Positions 17,647-26,523 of a stretch of 31,772 bases of DNA are shown here, in pieces; the stretch's first letter is position 1; every line of letters begins with the position of its first letter. The position numbers and the translations under genes are program-made. Location of the stretch: positions 1 to 31,772 of IMG/VR virus record IMGVR_UViG_3300032722_000079. One strand, 5' to 3'. The notes beneath the pieces were generated by a model. That model saw only the letters and a list, made by a program, of their open reading frames with translations, had not been told where the DNA came from and searched no databases. This DNA comes from a virus (taxonomy: Duplodnaviria > Caudoviricetes).

Positions 17647-18070
17647 AAAAGCAGAGCTCTACAGCGAAGCCGAACGGCTGTATGTGCAGGAACATCTCGG
17701 TCAGACCGATATCGCAGAGCGCCTTGGGGTTGCTGAGCGGACCATCCGATACTGGGCAACCGAAGGGAATTGGGCAGAACGCCGGGGCAACTACGTAGAA
17801 GCAACCAGCAAGACCAGCGAGAAGCTGTACAAACTTGTACAGACGCTTACTGACAAAGCCATCGAAAGCGTAGAAAATGGCGAAGTACCAAGTCAGTCAC
17901 AACTCTTCTTTATTAGCAAAATGGCTCCGTTACTGCTCAAGCTGCAAAACTATGAAGAATCATCAGCACCGGCAAAACAGGACGAAGCAGACAAAGCAAA
18001 AACCGCGACCCGTTATGAAGACGTTATGCAGGAAATGCAGAAAACCTTAATGCAACTCGGCCTTGGTTAA
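17639..18070 (+). CDS. Terminase small subunit-like HTH protein
   Basis: AERLY...DIAERLGVAERTIRYW....NW HTH; precedes the large terminase. Confidence 0.8.
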   Translation: MAKKAELYSEAERLYVQEHLGQTDIAERLGVAERTIRYWATEGNWAERRGNYVEATSKTSEKLYKLVQTLTDKAIESVENGEVPSQSQLFFISKMAPLLLKLQNYEESSAPAKQDEADKAKTATRYEDVMQEMQKTLMQLGLG

Positions 18071-19631
18071 AAAAGCCATACATCCAGAGGCACTCCCTCA
18101 CACCGCCACCATTATCGAGGAAAAGGTTTTTATGCCTTACCAGATCGATGTTATCCGTGATGAGCACATCGCACAGCTGGTGGAGAAAGGACGGCAGGAG
18201 GGCCTGAGCTGGGCATTTGCTTATAAGGCTTACAAATGGACAGGCAAGGAAGGCAGGTTCCCGACATTCTTCGCTACCAAAACAAGAATCCTTGCTAAAC
18301 AATTTATACAGGATTGTTCTGCCTGGGGTAAGCTCGACAGGCTGATCAAGAGCACCATTGACGCCACCTACGAAGACGAAATCAAGGTCTTCAACTCCAC
18401 AACAGAAGAAGAAGTGACCGTCAACACCTATAACATTCGCTTTCCGAACAAAATGGAAGTGACGGCTCTTTCCAGTAATGCTGACGCTATGAGGGGATGG
18501 CGAGGCTATAAAATCGCCGATGAGTTTGCTATCCACAAGCAGCAGCCGGAAATGCTCGATGCTATCCTTCCTTCCCGTATGTGGCGGTTTCCATTCTCTT
18601 TTATCAGCACACACAAGGGCATTAACTCCGAGTTCAACAAGTTGATCAAGAAGTTCAAGAAAGGCGACCTTGGAGCGGACTGGAACCTCATCTCGATACC
18701 GATTCAGCGGGCTGTAGCTGATGGCCTCCTGGAGAAAATCTATAAACGACCGTTCAGCGAACAGGAACGCCAGGAGTGGCTTCAGAACCTCGAACGTGAA
18801 GAAGGTCAACGCCGGTGGAAGCAGGAGTACTGTTGTATCCCTGAAGATGAAGCAGGCGCTTTCTTCTCTTACGATCTCCTTATCTCCTGCGAAATGGATG
18901 ATATCCTTTATGACGATATCCAGAAGTTCAGCGGGAAAGAGCAAGAACTGGAAGCTCAACTATGGTTTGAGAAAATCGCCTTCAGGATAAAAATTGAAGG
19001 TCGTGGAAACTTCTATATCGGTATGGACATTGGCCGTGATGTCAATTACACGGTACTTTGCCTGATTGAGGACGTTGCAGGAATAAAATTTATCAGGGCA
19101 CTCGCAGCTCTCGAACAAATGCGATTCCAGATCCAGCAGGATTGTGCCCGCATCTGGATCAGAACCAACCGGTTTCGAAGGTCCTGTGTCGATAACCGTG
19201 GTATGGGCCGTGAAACCGTTGAACGCCTGCAGCAGGATTTCGGTCCGTACCTGGTCGAAAAGATCGATTTTAACCTTGTCCTCAAAGAAAAGATAGCGTA
19301 TGCCGTTTACCAGGCACTGACTGACCGCATACTCATAATCCCTGTCAGCGATACTGTGAGAGACGATTTTCACAGCATCCGGAAAGAAACTACCGATGCC
19401 GGAAATGTTCGGTACGTGGCCAAGGTGAACGATACCGACCCGAATTCACACGGTGATTACTATACCGCCATTTCTCTGGCCTATCACGCCACCGGCAATG
19501 CAGCTACCGACATACCGGACGCCATCAAGACAAATAGCACATTACCTGACCGCAAAGAGCGCATGGAAGCTCTGCTTGAAGGATACGACAACGATTTCAG
19601 AGCACATTCAATGAGAACATATGCCAACTAA
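18063..19631 (+). CDS. Terminase large subunit (Mu gp28-like)
   Basis: MPYQ, KGRQEGLSW, IADEFA, ISTHKG, WKQEYCC, IGMDIGR, HGD. Confidence 0.93.
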   Translation: MVKKAIHPEALPHTATIIEEKVFMPYQIDVIRDEHIAQLVEKGRQEGLSWAFAYKAYKWTGKEGRFPTFFATKTRILAKQFIQDCSAWGKLDRLIKSTIDATYEDEIKVFNSTTEEEVTVNTYNIRFPNKMEVTALSSNADAMRGWRGYKIADEFAIHKQQPEMLDAILPSRMWRFPFSFISTHKGINSEFNKLIKKFKKGDLGADWNLISIPIQRAVADGLLEKIYKRPFSEQERQEWLQNLEREEGQRRWKQEYCCIPEDEAGAFFSYDLLISCEMDDILYDDIQKFSGKEQELEAQLWFEKIAFRIKIEGRGNFYIGMDIGRDVNYTVLCLIEDVAGIKFIRALAALEQMRFQIQQDCARIWIRTNRFRRSCVDNRGMGRETVERLQQDFGPYLVEKIDFNLVLKEKIAYAVYQALTDRILIIPVSDTVRDDFHSIRKETTDAGNVRYVAKVNDTDPNSHGDYYTAISLAYHATGNAATDIPDAIKTNSTLPDRKERMEALLEGYDNDFRAHSMRTYAN

Positions 19632-20883
19632 TATCAGCACACCAAAAGTTATCCAGGATGAAATAGCTATCCGATCGTATGTCGAAGGGTTGCTCCAGGT
19701 CACAAAGCTCCTGCCGCATCCAAGCAAGGTGCTCAAGAATATCTGCAATACCATCGAAGTATTTGAGACAACACTCAAGCAACCCGATGTGGCTGCAGTA
19801 TCAAGACGGTACCGGGATGGCGTCAAAAAGCTTGACTGGGATGTATCAAGAGTAACGCAACGAGGTGAACGGGCCTCCTTCATTAAGAGTGTCTGCAGGG
19901 ACATGAACCTGAACTGCATCATTCCAGCTGCTCTCAGTGCAAGAGATTTCGGGTTCACCATCCTCGAAGCCACCTGGGAAAAATTTGGCAGTTACAGCGT
20001 CATAACTGACCTGGTCGAAAAACCACGCGAATGGTTCCGGTTCAACTATGCAAACGAGCTGCTCCTGATTACAAGGAATAAGCCCGAAGGAGTGCTTGTG
20101 AACGAGGTTTATCCACGGAAGTTCATCGTTGTCCAGCACGAGGCAAGCTACAAAAACCCTTATGGTAACGGCCTGCTTGATGAAGCCTACTGGTACAGTA
20201 AAGGTTTAGCCGCAAACTTCGAGTATCATCTTTCTTTCCTCGAAGATGATGGCCGTGATCACTGGATGGGATGGGTACCACCTGGGAGCACCAACGACTA
20301 TAAAGACAAAGTTGAACTTGCTCTTCGCCAGCTGCGTAATGCTGCCGTCGCCGTTATAGAGGAAGGTACACGCATCGAGAAGAATGAAAATAAAGGCAGG
20401 ACGAGTACCAGCAATTCCTATGAAACCTTCAAGAAGTCGTGCCGAAGCACCTTGAACGTTCTCTGGCTGGGCAGTGACCTTTCAACCTCCGTGACTGGAT
20501 CAGGCGCCTATGCCAGCAGTAAAACCGGTATGGACATTACTGATGATGCTATCGAAAGTGGAAAAGAGTTGCCTGAAAACGCCCTCAACCAGGCCATCAA
20601 GTGGATGGATGAGGTAAACAACTTCCCCGGTGATACATCCGAAGAGGTTGCCTTTTATCTCTACAAGGCACCGAAGAGCGACAAAGAGCAGGCGGAGATT
20701 GATCAGATTTACGGGACTGTAACAGGCAGGAAGCCTAGTCCGCAGTTGCTTGCAAAACGAGGGTATGAAGAAGGTGACTTCGAGGATCCCGCTATTTCCC
20801 AGGCACCTGTGCAGACATTCGAAAGCGGCTACAATATGCAGCCTCTCTTCAATGCCGTTGAAGGTTTAAAAAAAAAGTACTGA
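19621..20883 (+). CDS. Portal protein (Mu gp29/DUF935-like)
   Basis: FGFTILE.TW, KF...H.....NPYG.GLL, GAYASS; follows terminase. Confidence 0.9.
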   Translation: MPTNISTPKVIQDEIAIRSYVEGLLQVTKLLPHPSKVLKNICNTIEVFETTLKQPDVAAVSRRYRDGVKKLDWDVSRVTQRGERASFIKSVCRDMNLNCIIPAALSARDFGFTILEATWEKFGSYSVITDLVEKPREWFRFNYANELLLITRNKPEGVLVNEVYPRKFIVVQHEASYKNPYGNGLLDEAYWYSKGLAANFEYHLSFLEDDGRDHWMGWVPPGSTNDYKDKVELALRQLRNAAVAVIEEGTRIEKNENKGRTSTSNSYETFKKSCRSTLNVLWLGSDLSTSVTGSGAYASSKTGMDITDDAIESGKELPENALNQAIKWMDEVNNFPGDTSEEVAFYLYKAPKSDKEQAEIDQIYGTVTGRKPSPQLLAKRGYEEGDFEDPAISQAPVQTFESGYNMQPLFNAVEGLKKKY

Positions 20884-21827
20884 CAGAGAGCGAGTCAAAG
20901 CTCCTCAACCCGAAGCCCGATAAATCATTTATCAATGCCTGGTCAACAGCCATTGAACAGGCGTTAAACGACGCATGGAGTAAAGGCGCTGCGAGCGTTA
21001 ATTACTGGCTGAGTAAATCCGAAGGCACGACCTTTGAAGCCAAAAACATCACCCTCCGATTCGGCAACAAAGACGCAGCAGCCTTCCACCAGTTCAAAGC
21101 CTTCTGCAGCGCAGTCATTACTGACGATGAATTATCACAAGCAGTCAAAGAGAGCCTCAGCAACTCCCTGGCAAACGGTAACAGTTTCGAAGAGTGGCGG
21201 AAAACAGTTGACCAGGTGTTTGATCAGCATGGTGTCACCAAGCTTAACTCCTTCAAGGCTGAAACCATTTACCGGAACGAAACGGCAATGGCCTATGGAG
21301 CCGGTCAGTTCGCAAAGCTGCAGACAGTCTCAGACAGCTTCCCGTACTGGCAATACACCACAGCGCACGATGAGCGAGTACGTGAAAGCCATCGCTTGCT
21401 CGATGGCAAAATCTTCCTTGCAAGCGACAGTGAATATTATCCGCCTCTTGGCTTTAATTGTCGGTGCAGGGCTATCCCTATAAGCCTGCGACAAGCAGAT
21501 ACAAGAGGCATCAAAGTACCTGATGTAATTACTCCGGAAATGCGGTCAAATCTTGCAAACGCTGAATTCATCGGCGATAAAATCGGAAACTTCGCGGACT
21601 GGCTCCAGGTGAAACTGGGAGAACTTTCCGTTGAATCTTTGACACTCATTACCGAAAAGCTTGCTGAAGTTGAAACTCAATTAGGTGAACTCGCCACCGC
21701 AGCTGATCAACTGGCAGCCGATCAAGCTCTGCAGGATGCAACCGAATCTGCACCAGTAGAGATTATACCCGGAAAGAAGCGGAGAGCAAAGAAAAAGACA
21801 GAAACCATAATACCACCAAACCAGTAA
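20862..21827 (+). CDS. Mu F-like head morphogenesis protein; open frame starts at 20862 but has no ATG/GTG/TTG until 21216
   Basis: TIYRNETAMAYGAG, PYWQY, DERVRESH, YPPLGFNCRC; the upstream part (AFCSAV...SL..G.SFEEW) looks like the F N-terminal region. Confidence 0.85.
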   Translation, partial: RFKKKVLTESESKLLNPKPDKSFINAWSTAIEQALNDAWSKGAASVNYWLSKSEGTTFEAKNITLRFGNKDAAAFHQFKAFCSAVITDDELSQAVKESLSNSLANGNSFEEWRKTVDQVFDQHGVTKLNSFKAETIYRNETAMAYGAGQFAKLQTVSDSFPYWQYTTAHDERVRESHRLLDGKIFLASDSEYYPPLGFNCRCRAIPISLRQADTRGIKVPDVITPEMRSNLANAEFIGDKIGNFADWLQVKLGELSVESLTLITEKLAEVETQLGELATAADQLAADQALQDATESAPVEIIPGKKRRAKKKTETIIPPNQ

Positions 21828-21832
21828 CCTAA

Positions 21833-22495
21833 ATGGCTGACCATACAGAAATATTCCGAGAAAGAAGTCACAAGCAGGATGAAATGACGGCTCTGATGCT
21901 CAAAATCAAAGCTGAAGACGTTCGATACATCGCCGTTGAAACCCTTGGTAAAACCAATGAGAAAGAAGCCGGTATTGAAGCTACAAAATACCTGACAAAA
22001 GCAAAACCCTCTGATATTATTACTGCTTTGCAGGAGATCGAGAGGATAAAAGGCAAAAAGTATTCTGGTGATATTGCTTTTGCTGGAATCCCTGAAACTC
22101 TTTATCAAGGAGGAATCACTCAGGCGGAGCTTCAGGAATGGCTGAAAGCATGTAAACAGACAACCTACTGCAGCGGCCACCGATACCAGCCACTGCCGAG
22201 TCACGATGAAGCCTGGCAAACTTACAGCAAGGTGCATTCCGAGATGATAGGAAAACGCTTTGCAGCCGAAACCATCAAATTCAAAACCTCGCCGGTCAGG
22301 CTGCTCGATACCGATATCATCCAGGCTGCAACATGGGGGTTCTGGAATGATATGAGCAAAAACTTAAAGCGGCGCCTTTTTCTGCTCTTGCCCGTCGACA
22401 AGCAACTATCGATCAAGGACCGGCATCTCACGCCGGAAGAAGCGATGAAAGAAACCCGGAAATATTACGATAAAATGCAGGAGGCATTTACATAA
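21833..22495 (+). CDS. Hypothetical 220-aa protein between F and G
   Basis: Long ORF coupled to the next gene by TAATG. Confidence 0.7.
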   Translation: MADHTEIFRERSHKQDEMTALMLKIKAEDVRYIAVETLGKTNEKEAGIEATKYLTKAKPSDIITALQEIERIKGKKYSGDIAFAGIPETLYQGGITQAELQEWLKACKQTTYCSGHRYQPLPSHDEAWQTYSKVHSEMIGKRFAAETIKFKTSPVRLLDTDIIQAATWGFWNDMSKNLKRRLFLLLPVDKQLSIKDRHLTPEEAMKETRKYYDKMQEAFT

Positions 22496-22956
22496 TGGCC
22501 TACAAAGACTTCATTACCATAAACGTCATCGGCATTGAAGAAGCCAGGGCAAGGCTCGGCAATATCCCGGACAACATACAAACCGCACTGACAGAAACGC
22601 AAACTCTTTCGGAAATAGGGACAATCCTTGTTGGCAGCGCCGTTAAAACCATAGATGCCGGGGGCAGGCCATCACCATACAAACCTCTTGCAGCAAGCAC
22701 TGTCGCCGCAAAAATCAAGAAATACAAAAAAAACAGTGGGATACTCATTGGCCGTGGCACTTTGCGCCAGAGTCTGGATTATGAAGTTTCTGGTGGATAT
22801 CTTTATCTGACCAGTGTCGGATACCTCAAGTACCACCAATTCGAAGAAGGCCGCACACGGGCAAACTTCCCTGCACGGCCCGTCTGGGGAGTCCAGGAAG
22901 AAGACATTCCAGAAATTACAGACATAATTATTGCAGGAATCAAAAGGAATTTGTAA
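22495..22956 (+). CDS. Mu G-like virion morphogenesis protein
   Basis: GRP.PYKPLAAST...ILIGRGTLRQSL...YHQF...FPARPVWG. Confidence 0.88.
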   Translation: MAYKDFITINVIGIEEARARLGNIPDNIQTALTETQTLSEIGTILVGSAVKTIDAGGRPSPYKPLAASTVAAKIKKYKKNSGILIGRGTLRQSLDYEVSGGYLYLTSVGYLKYHQFEEGRTRANFPARPVWGVQEEDIPEITDIIIAGIKRNL

Positions 22957-22982
22957 GGTTAAGCATCACTCCTTACAATTCT

Positions 22983-23237
22983 ATGCACTACAATAACGAA
23001 CTGCTCGACTTTTTAGCCGCCGAGTTCGGCGACCAGGTTGCAAAATCCGTCCAGGAGAACTTTGGAGGGCAAGATATCTACATCCGCATCAAACCGGATA
23101 CCAAACAGGCATACATCACCGAATGGTATGGCAAGAAAAGCATTCGTGAACTCAGCCGGGAACTTGGCTGCAGCATGCGCACCATCCGCCACCGCCTAAC
23201 ACTCCCCATTTCAAAAGGACAGCAAACCCTTTTTTAA
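22983..23237 (+). CDS. mor: Mor/C-family transcription activator
   Basis: FGGQDIYI motif plus C-terminal HTH IRELSRELGCSMRTI. Confidence 0.85.
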   Translation: MHYNNELLDFLAAEFGDQVAKSVQENFGGQDIYIRIKPDTKQAYITEWYGKKSIRELSRELGCSMRTIRHRLTLPISKGQQTLF

Positions 23238-23296
23238 CAATCCGTTAAACTATAAATGTTTACGAAACAGATTTCGCGAACATCAGCCATTTAACG

Positions 23297-23326
23297 ACAC
23301 AAGCCCCGGTTTTACGGGGCTTGTGT
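23297..23326. terminator. Hairpin between convergent operons (probable terminator)
   Basis: Perfect 12-bp stem ACACAAGCCCCG/CGGGGCTTGTGT with 6-nt loop; no strong U-tract. Confidence 0.7.
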
Positions 23327-23350
23327 ATCAATAATTGGCCAGCTACGACT

Positions 23351-23764
23351 TCACCAACCGTCAATAAACCTTTCCTTATATTCTGGAGAATTCTTTAAGT
23401 CTCCAGGTTGGGTGGCATCCTCTCCCAGATATAATTTTCTCTCATATAAGGCTTTTTTATATGCCCCAAAACTCTCTAAGAATGAGCTCTCACATGAAAA
23501 GTCATTCCCTTTTTTATCAATTTTAACATAAAACTTCTCATACCCAGAATACCCACCATAACCATTTTTTGCATTGAATTCCCCTCGAACAATATTTCCT
23601 TTACAAACATGGACATTTCTAAATCTGGCTGATTCCGGGTCTTTTAATGATCTTCTGACTATAGACTTTGCTCGTTCAGGTAAACCGTTATCAGCCCTTA
23701 CATTGAATAACGGCCAAGATATAAGCACAATTATCAGGATAACAAAAAACATCTTGAGTTTCAT
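23351..23764 (-). CDS. Exported/membrane-anchored accessory protein
   Basis: Signal peptide; LKDPESARF...GEFNAKNGYGGYSG motif; AT-rich. Confidence 0.75.
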   Translation of the reverse strand: MKLKMFFVILIIVLISWPLFNVRADNGLPERAKSIVRRSLKDPESARFRNVHVCKGNIVRGEFNAKNGYGGYSGYEKFYVKIDKKGNDFSCESSFLESFGAYKKALYERKLYLGEDATQPGDLKNSPEYKERFIDGW

Positions 23765-23827
23765 AACACTCCTGTTTTTGATTTATGATGTGGTAAAATA
23801 ATCGAAGTATTCCGAAAAGCCTTCTTA

Positions 23828-24313
23828 TCAGCGAGAGAATTCTATTTGCCTGTTTGCCTGGTCAATCATCGAATCAAGAGCCCGTTTGATCTTACTGACT
23901 TTATCACGTTCAATCCACTCCGGAGTCAACAGATTAAACCTGTTCTTCAGAAACTGATGATACGCCTGTAAGGCATCTGTCCGATTCTTCTGCCGGGAAA
24001 CACTCATCCACATCGCCTCCAGCATCCGGAGTTGTTTCGGAGTGGCCATATCAGCCGATCGGCCACGCAACTCGCTGTATGGCTTGGCCTTTTTAAACTG
24101 CGCTTTCTCCGGAATCGCATCAACAATCTTCTGCAATAAGTCACATACTTTTCGGCCATCCAGAATGGTAAGCTCTTTACAACTCTCAACACCATATCCA
24201 CCCAGCAAAGCCCGGTAATTATCCTCAGATATCCCTGCCAATCCCTGTAACGTCTTTATCCTCCTGATCAGCATCGGCGGCAATACCGGCAATTTAATCT
24301 GTGACTCTATCAT
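23828..24313 (-). CDS. gemA: GemA / Mu gp16 (DUF1018)-like protein
   Basis: GISEDNYRALL...GVESCKELT; ATPKQLRMLEAMW. Confidence 0.85.
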   Translation of the reverse strand: MIESQIKLPVLPPMLIRRIKTLQGLAGISEDNYRALLGGYGVESCKELTILDGRKVCDLLQKIVDAIPEKAQFKKAKPYSELRGRSADMATPKQLRMLEAMWMSVSRQKNRTDALQAYHQFLKNRFNLLTPEWIERDKVSKIKRALDSMIDQANRQIEFSR

Positions 24314-24433
24314 TTTTATCTGGTTAATTGTGATGAGAAAATAAAAAGAGCATGAAGCTGGAGTATATTTCGCAGGTCCGTCCGGTCTTCGGTTTTACTG
24401 CCCAGGCTTATTTTTTTCTTCACCGTGCTCTTT

Positions 24434-24534
24434 GTTCTGTTGGATGGACTCGAACCATCATAGACTGCTATTTCAAGTTTCAGCCGATGATTCACATCAT
24501 TGGTTAGCTGATATCCAGTTTAGCTACAACAGAA
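24434..24534 (-). ncRNA. tRNA-like element with atypical central region
   Basis: 8-bp acceptor-like stem TTCTGTTG/CAACAGAA; perfect T-arm GATGG-TTCGAGT-CCATC; TAGCTAAACTGG D-region; no encoded CCA; anticodon ambiguous. Confidence 0.55.
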
Positions 24535-24544
24535 TCCAACTTCT

Positions 24545-24793
24545 TTAAACCTCTTTCACCGTCACCTTCTCAACCTTTTCTTTATCAAACAGCACAGTGA
24601 CCTTCAACTCCCTCTGTTCCAGTGATTTTGCATTCCCCATAAGGATGCTGTTAAGGTATTGTAACATTGCAGATAAAGACGGAGACCAATATCCCGCTGT
24701 ACAGTTTGGGCTTTTGTTTTTGGATGCATCGATGGTCAACCGAAACCCTTCCGGTTTATCATACCGTTCAATCAGAAATTTCCGTTTTTTCAT
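24545..24793 (-). CDS. Hypothetical early protein
   Basis: 82 aa, co-oriented in the early operon. Confidence 0.6.
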   Translation of the reverse strand: MKKRKFLIERYDKPEGFRLTIDASKNKSPNCTAGYWSPSLSAMLQYLNSILMGNAKSLEQRELKVTVLFDKEKVEKVTVKEV

Positions 24794-24794
24794 C

Positions 24795-25361
24795 TCAATA
24801 CCCCTCCTTCAGTGATGCAACTTTCGATTTCATCCCTTCTTCAATATCTCCGCCGTCAACATCCCCGGACATTACCAGCAGGTCAACAACAGCAATCATT
24901 CTGCCTATCTCATGGCCAAGATTCTTACGATTCACCCCTGATTCTTTAGTCCGTTTACTACCTCCATCCGATATCACCATCCTGCTCTTGATGCTCAGCA
25001 CTGCCGAAGCATTTGCCGCCAGGTGTTCAAGAGTCCTGGTGAGATCACGATACTTTGGCGGCTTGATCTTTCTCTCAAACGGGGGATATCCACCTAACCT
25101 GAGACCGCCATCTCCGATATACTTTTCCTCAGCTGCCAACCGTCCAGTTATCGCATCTGCCTTTTCGTCAAACAGTTGGTGGTAAACCTGTTTCTTCCCG
25201 ATATGCAAATAAGCTCGCCACTTACGTTTTTTAGGCGAATAGGACACTCCGGTAACGTTCTGCTTATCAGTCAGCTCAATCTCAACACACGCCGCAGCCG
25301 ATGGCATCAGCTGAGCAATCATCGTGGTGGCCCTTATATTTGCTCGTTTTGTCCGTGTCAT
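24795..25361 (-). CDS. AP2-like DNA-binding domain fused to a degenerate MazG-like helical domain
   Basis: VTGVSY...RKWRAYL.IG...FDEK.DAI..RLAAE (AP2); C-terminal NRKNLGHEIGRMIAVVDLL. Confidence 0.65.
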   Translation of the reverse strand: MTRTKRANIRATTMIAQLMPSAAACVEIELTDKQNVTGVSYSPKKRKWRAYLHIGKKQVYHQLFDEKADAITGRLAAEEKYIGDGGLRLGGYPPFERKIKPPKYRDLTRTLEHLAANASAVLSIKSRMVISDGGSKRTKESGVNRKNLGHEIGRMIAVVDLLVMSGDVDGGDIEEGMKSKVASLKEGY

Positions 25362-25654
25362 CGTGCTCCTCCCTTTATGTCAATTTCCTTCTGTAGTTTC
25401 CGTACTCCAACCAGCCACAAACGGTAAGCAATGCCTTCAATAACAATGCTTAACCTTACAATGCTCAATCCAATGCTCATGAGCAGTCGCATCGCCCATA
25501 TTCTTATTTCAAGGAAAAGAGGAGCAAACAACTCATGAGCCATCCTCATAATCTTTGGACTATGATACAGCAGTACTATCCAGCCAAGCACAATTGCTAT
25601 CCTCGCAATTGAGACAATCGCAACGGCGGCAAAAGAGTGATGATCAGTATTCAT
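25358..25654 (-). CDS. Hydrophobic membrane protein, early region
   Basis: 98 aa, ATGA-coupled on both sides. Confidence 0.6.
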   Translation of the reverse strand: MNTDHHSFAAVAIVSIARIAIVLGWIVLLYHSPKIMRMAHELFAPLFLEIRIWAMRLLMSIGLSIVRLSIVIEGIAYRLWLVGVRKLQKEIDIKGGAR

Positions 25655-25869
25655 AACGCCTCCTGGTTAAAATGATTATCCCACTCGATCGCAATTCCCT
25701 CTTCCATCTGCTCAAGCTCGATCGACGACCTAACCAGACGAATAACCGCCGGAGACTGCAAGGCCGATGCAAGCATTCTCTGAGCATCATAGAGATCAAC
25801 AGGAAACGATACCATCAACTCATCAATCAGCCCTTTAACCGAACCTTTCAATCGAGGTTGCAACTTCAT
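25651..25869 (-). CDS. Hypothetical early protein
   Basis: 72 aa, RBS GGAGG, ATGA overlaps. Confidence 0.65.
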   Translation of the reverse strand: MKLQPRLKGSVKGLIDELMVSFPVDLYDAQRMLASALQSPAVIRLVRSSIELEQMEEGIAIEWDNHFNQEAL

Positions 25870-26204
25870 AACGCACCTCCAATATTTTCAACGCGATTCA
25901 GGAAAACCGCCACTCTTGGCGGGATGCATAACTCTTTCGGTTGTTGCTCAATCAGCATACGTACACAGGCAATCGCTTCAGGAACCATCGCTATCATATC
26001 AGCTATCGCTCCGCACAGCTCTTCGCTACCGTCCCTTTTCTTGATCACTGCCAAGGATGCAGCGCTATCAGGTTTTCCAGTAACGCACACACGGTAAGAT
26101 CCTTTCGTCTCTCGCACGTCCCACTTTTCTGCCAGAAGTGCAGTTATCGCGTCATCCAAAATCCGCTTCCATGGCATCTCAATGTCATGTTTAGCATTGT
26201 TCAT
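25866..26204 (-). CDS. Hypothetical early protein
   Basis: Start reassigned to ATG 26204 behind a G-rich RBS. Confidence 0.6.
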   Translation of the reverse strand: MNNAKHDIEMPWKRILDDAITALLAEKWDVRETKGSYRVCVTGKPDSAASLAVIKKRDGSEELCGAIADMIAMVPEAIACVRMLIEQQPKELCIPPRVAVFLNRVENIGGAL

Positions 26205-26508
26205 AACGCACCCCCCTCTTCCACCCTTCGCAATACCCGAAATGAGGCTCATAGCCAACCCACTCAGTCCCTGCACGCCGCACCGTAACGCCACCATGAG
26301 TAACCAGCGTCATCTTGAAGTCACCCCTCTTCAACTCTATCTCGCACGGCATCGACTTCCCATTCACCGTCTTAATGAAATGCATCGTCTTACCGCAGGC
26401 AGGGCAAACGAGAACCGGACTACCGGCGATAAATGCCTTGAGATACACAATCCTGCTGTTATCCCGCAAGGCATCGCTCTGCACTTGCTCTATCAATCCT
26501 TCAATCAT
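26191..26508 (-). CDS. Putative zinc-binding early protein
   Basis: CPAC...GKSMPCE...HFGYC. Confidence 0.7.
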   Translation of the reverse strand: MIEGLIEQVQSDALRDNSRIVYLKAFIAGSPVLVCPACGKTMHFIKTVNGKSMPCEIELKRGDFKMTLVTHGGVTVRRAGTEWVGYEPHFGYCEGWKRGVRYEQC

Positions 26509-26523
26509 TGCTCAGCCCTCCGG

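Noticed and set aside
18024-19373. Long antisense ORFs (311 aa, 137 aa) and similar shadow ORFs elsewhere
   Set aside because: They lie opposite well-supported genes and carry no recognisable motifs.
21034-21483. 149-aa + strand ORF
   Set aside because: Ser/Thr-rich alternative frame overlapping the conserved MuF frame.
24545-26508. Mu gam-like gene among the early ORFs
   Set aside because: No ORF of suitable size or motif recognised; absence not proven without an HMM search.
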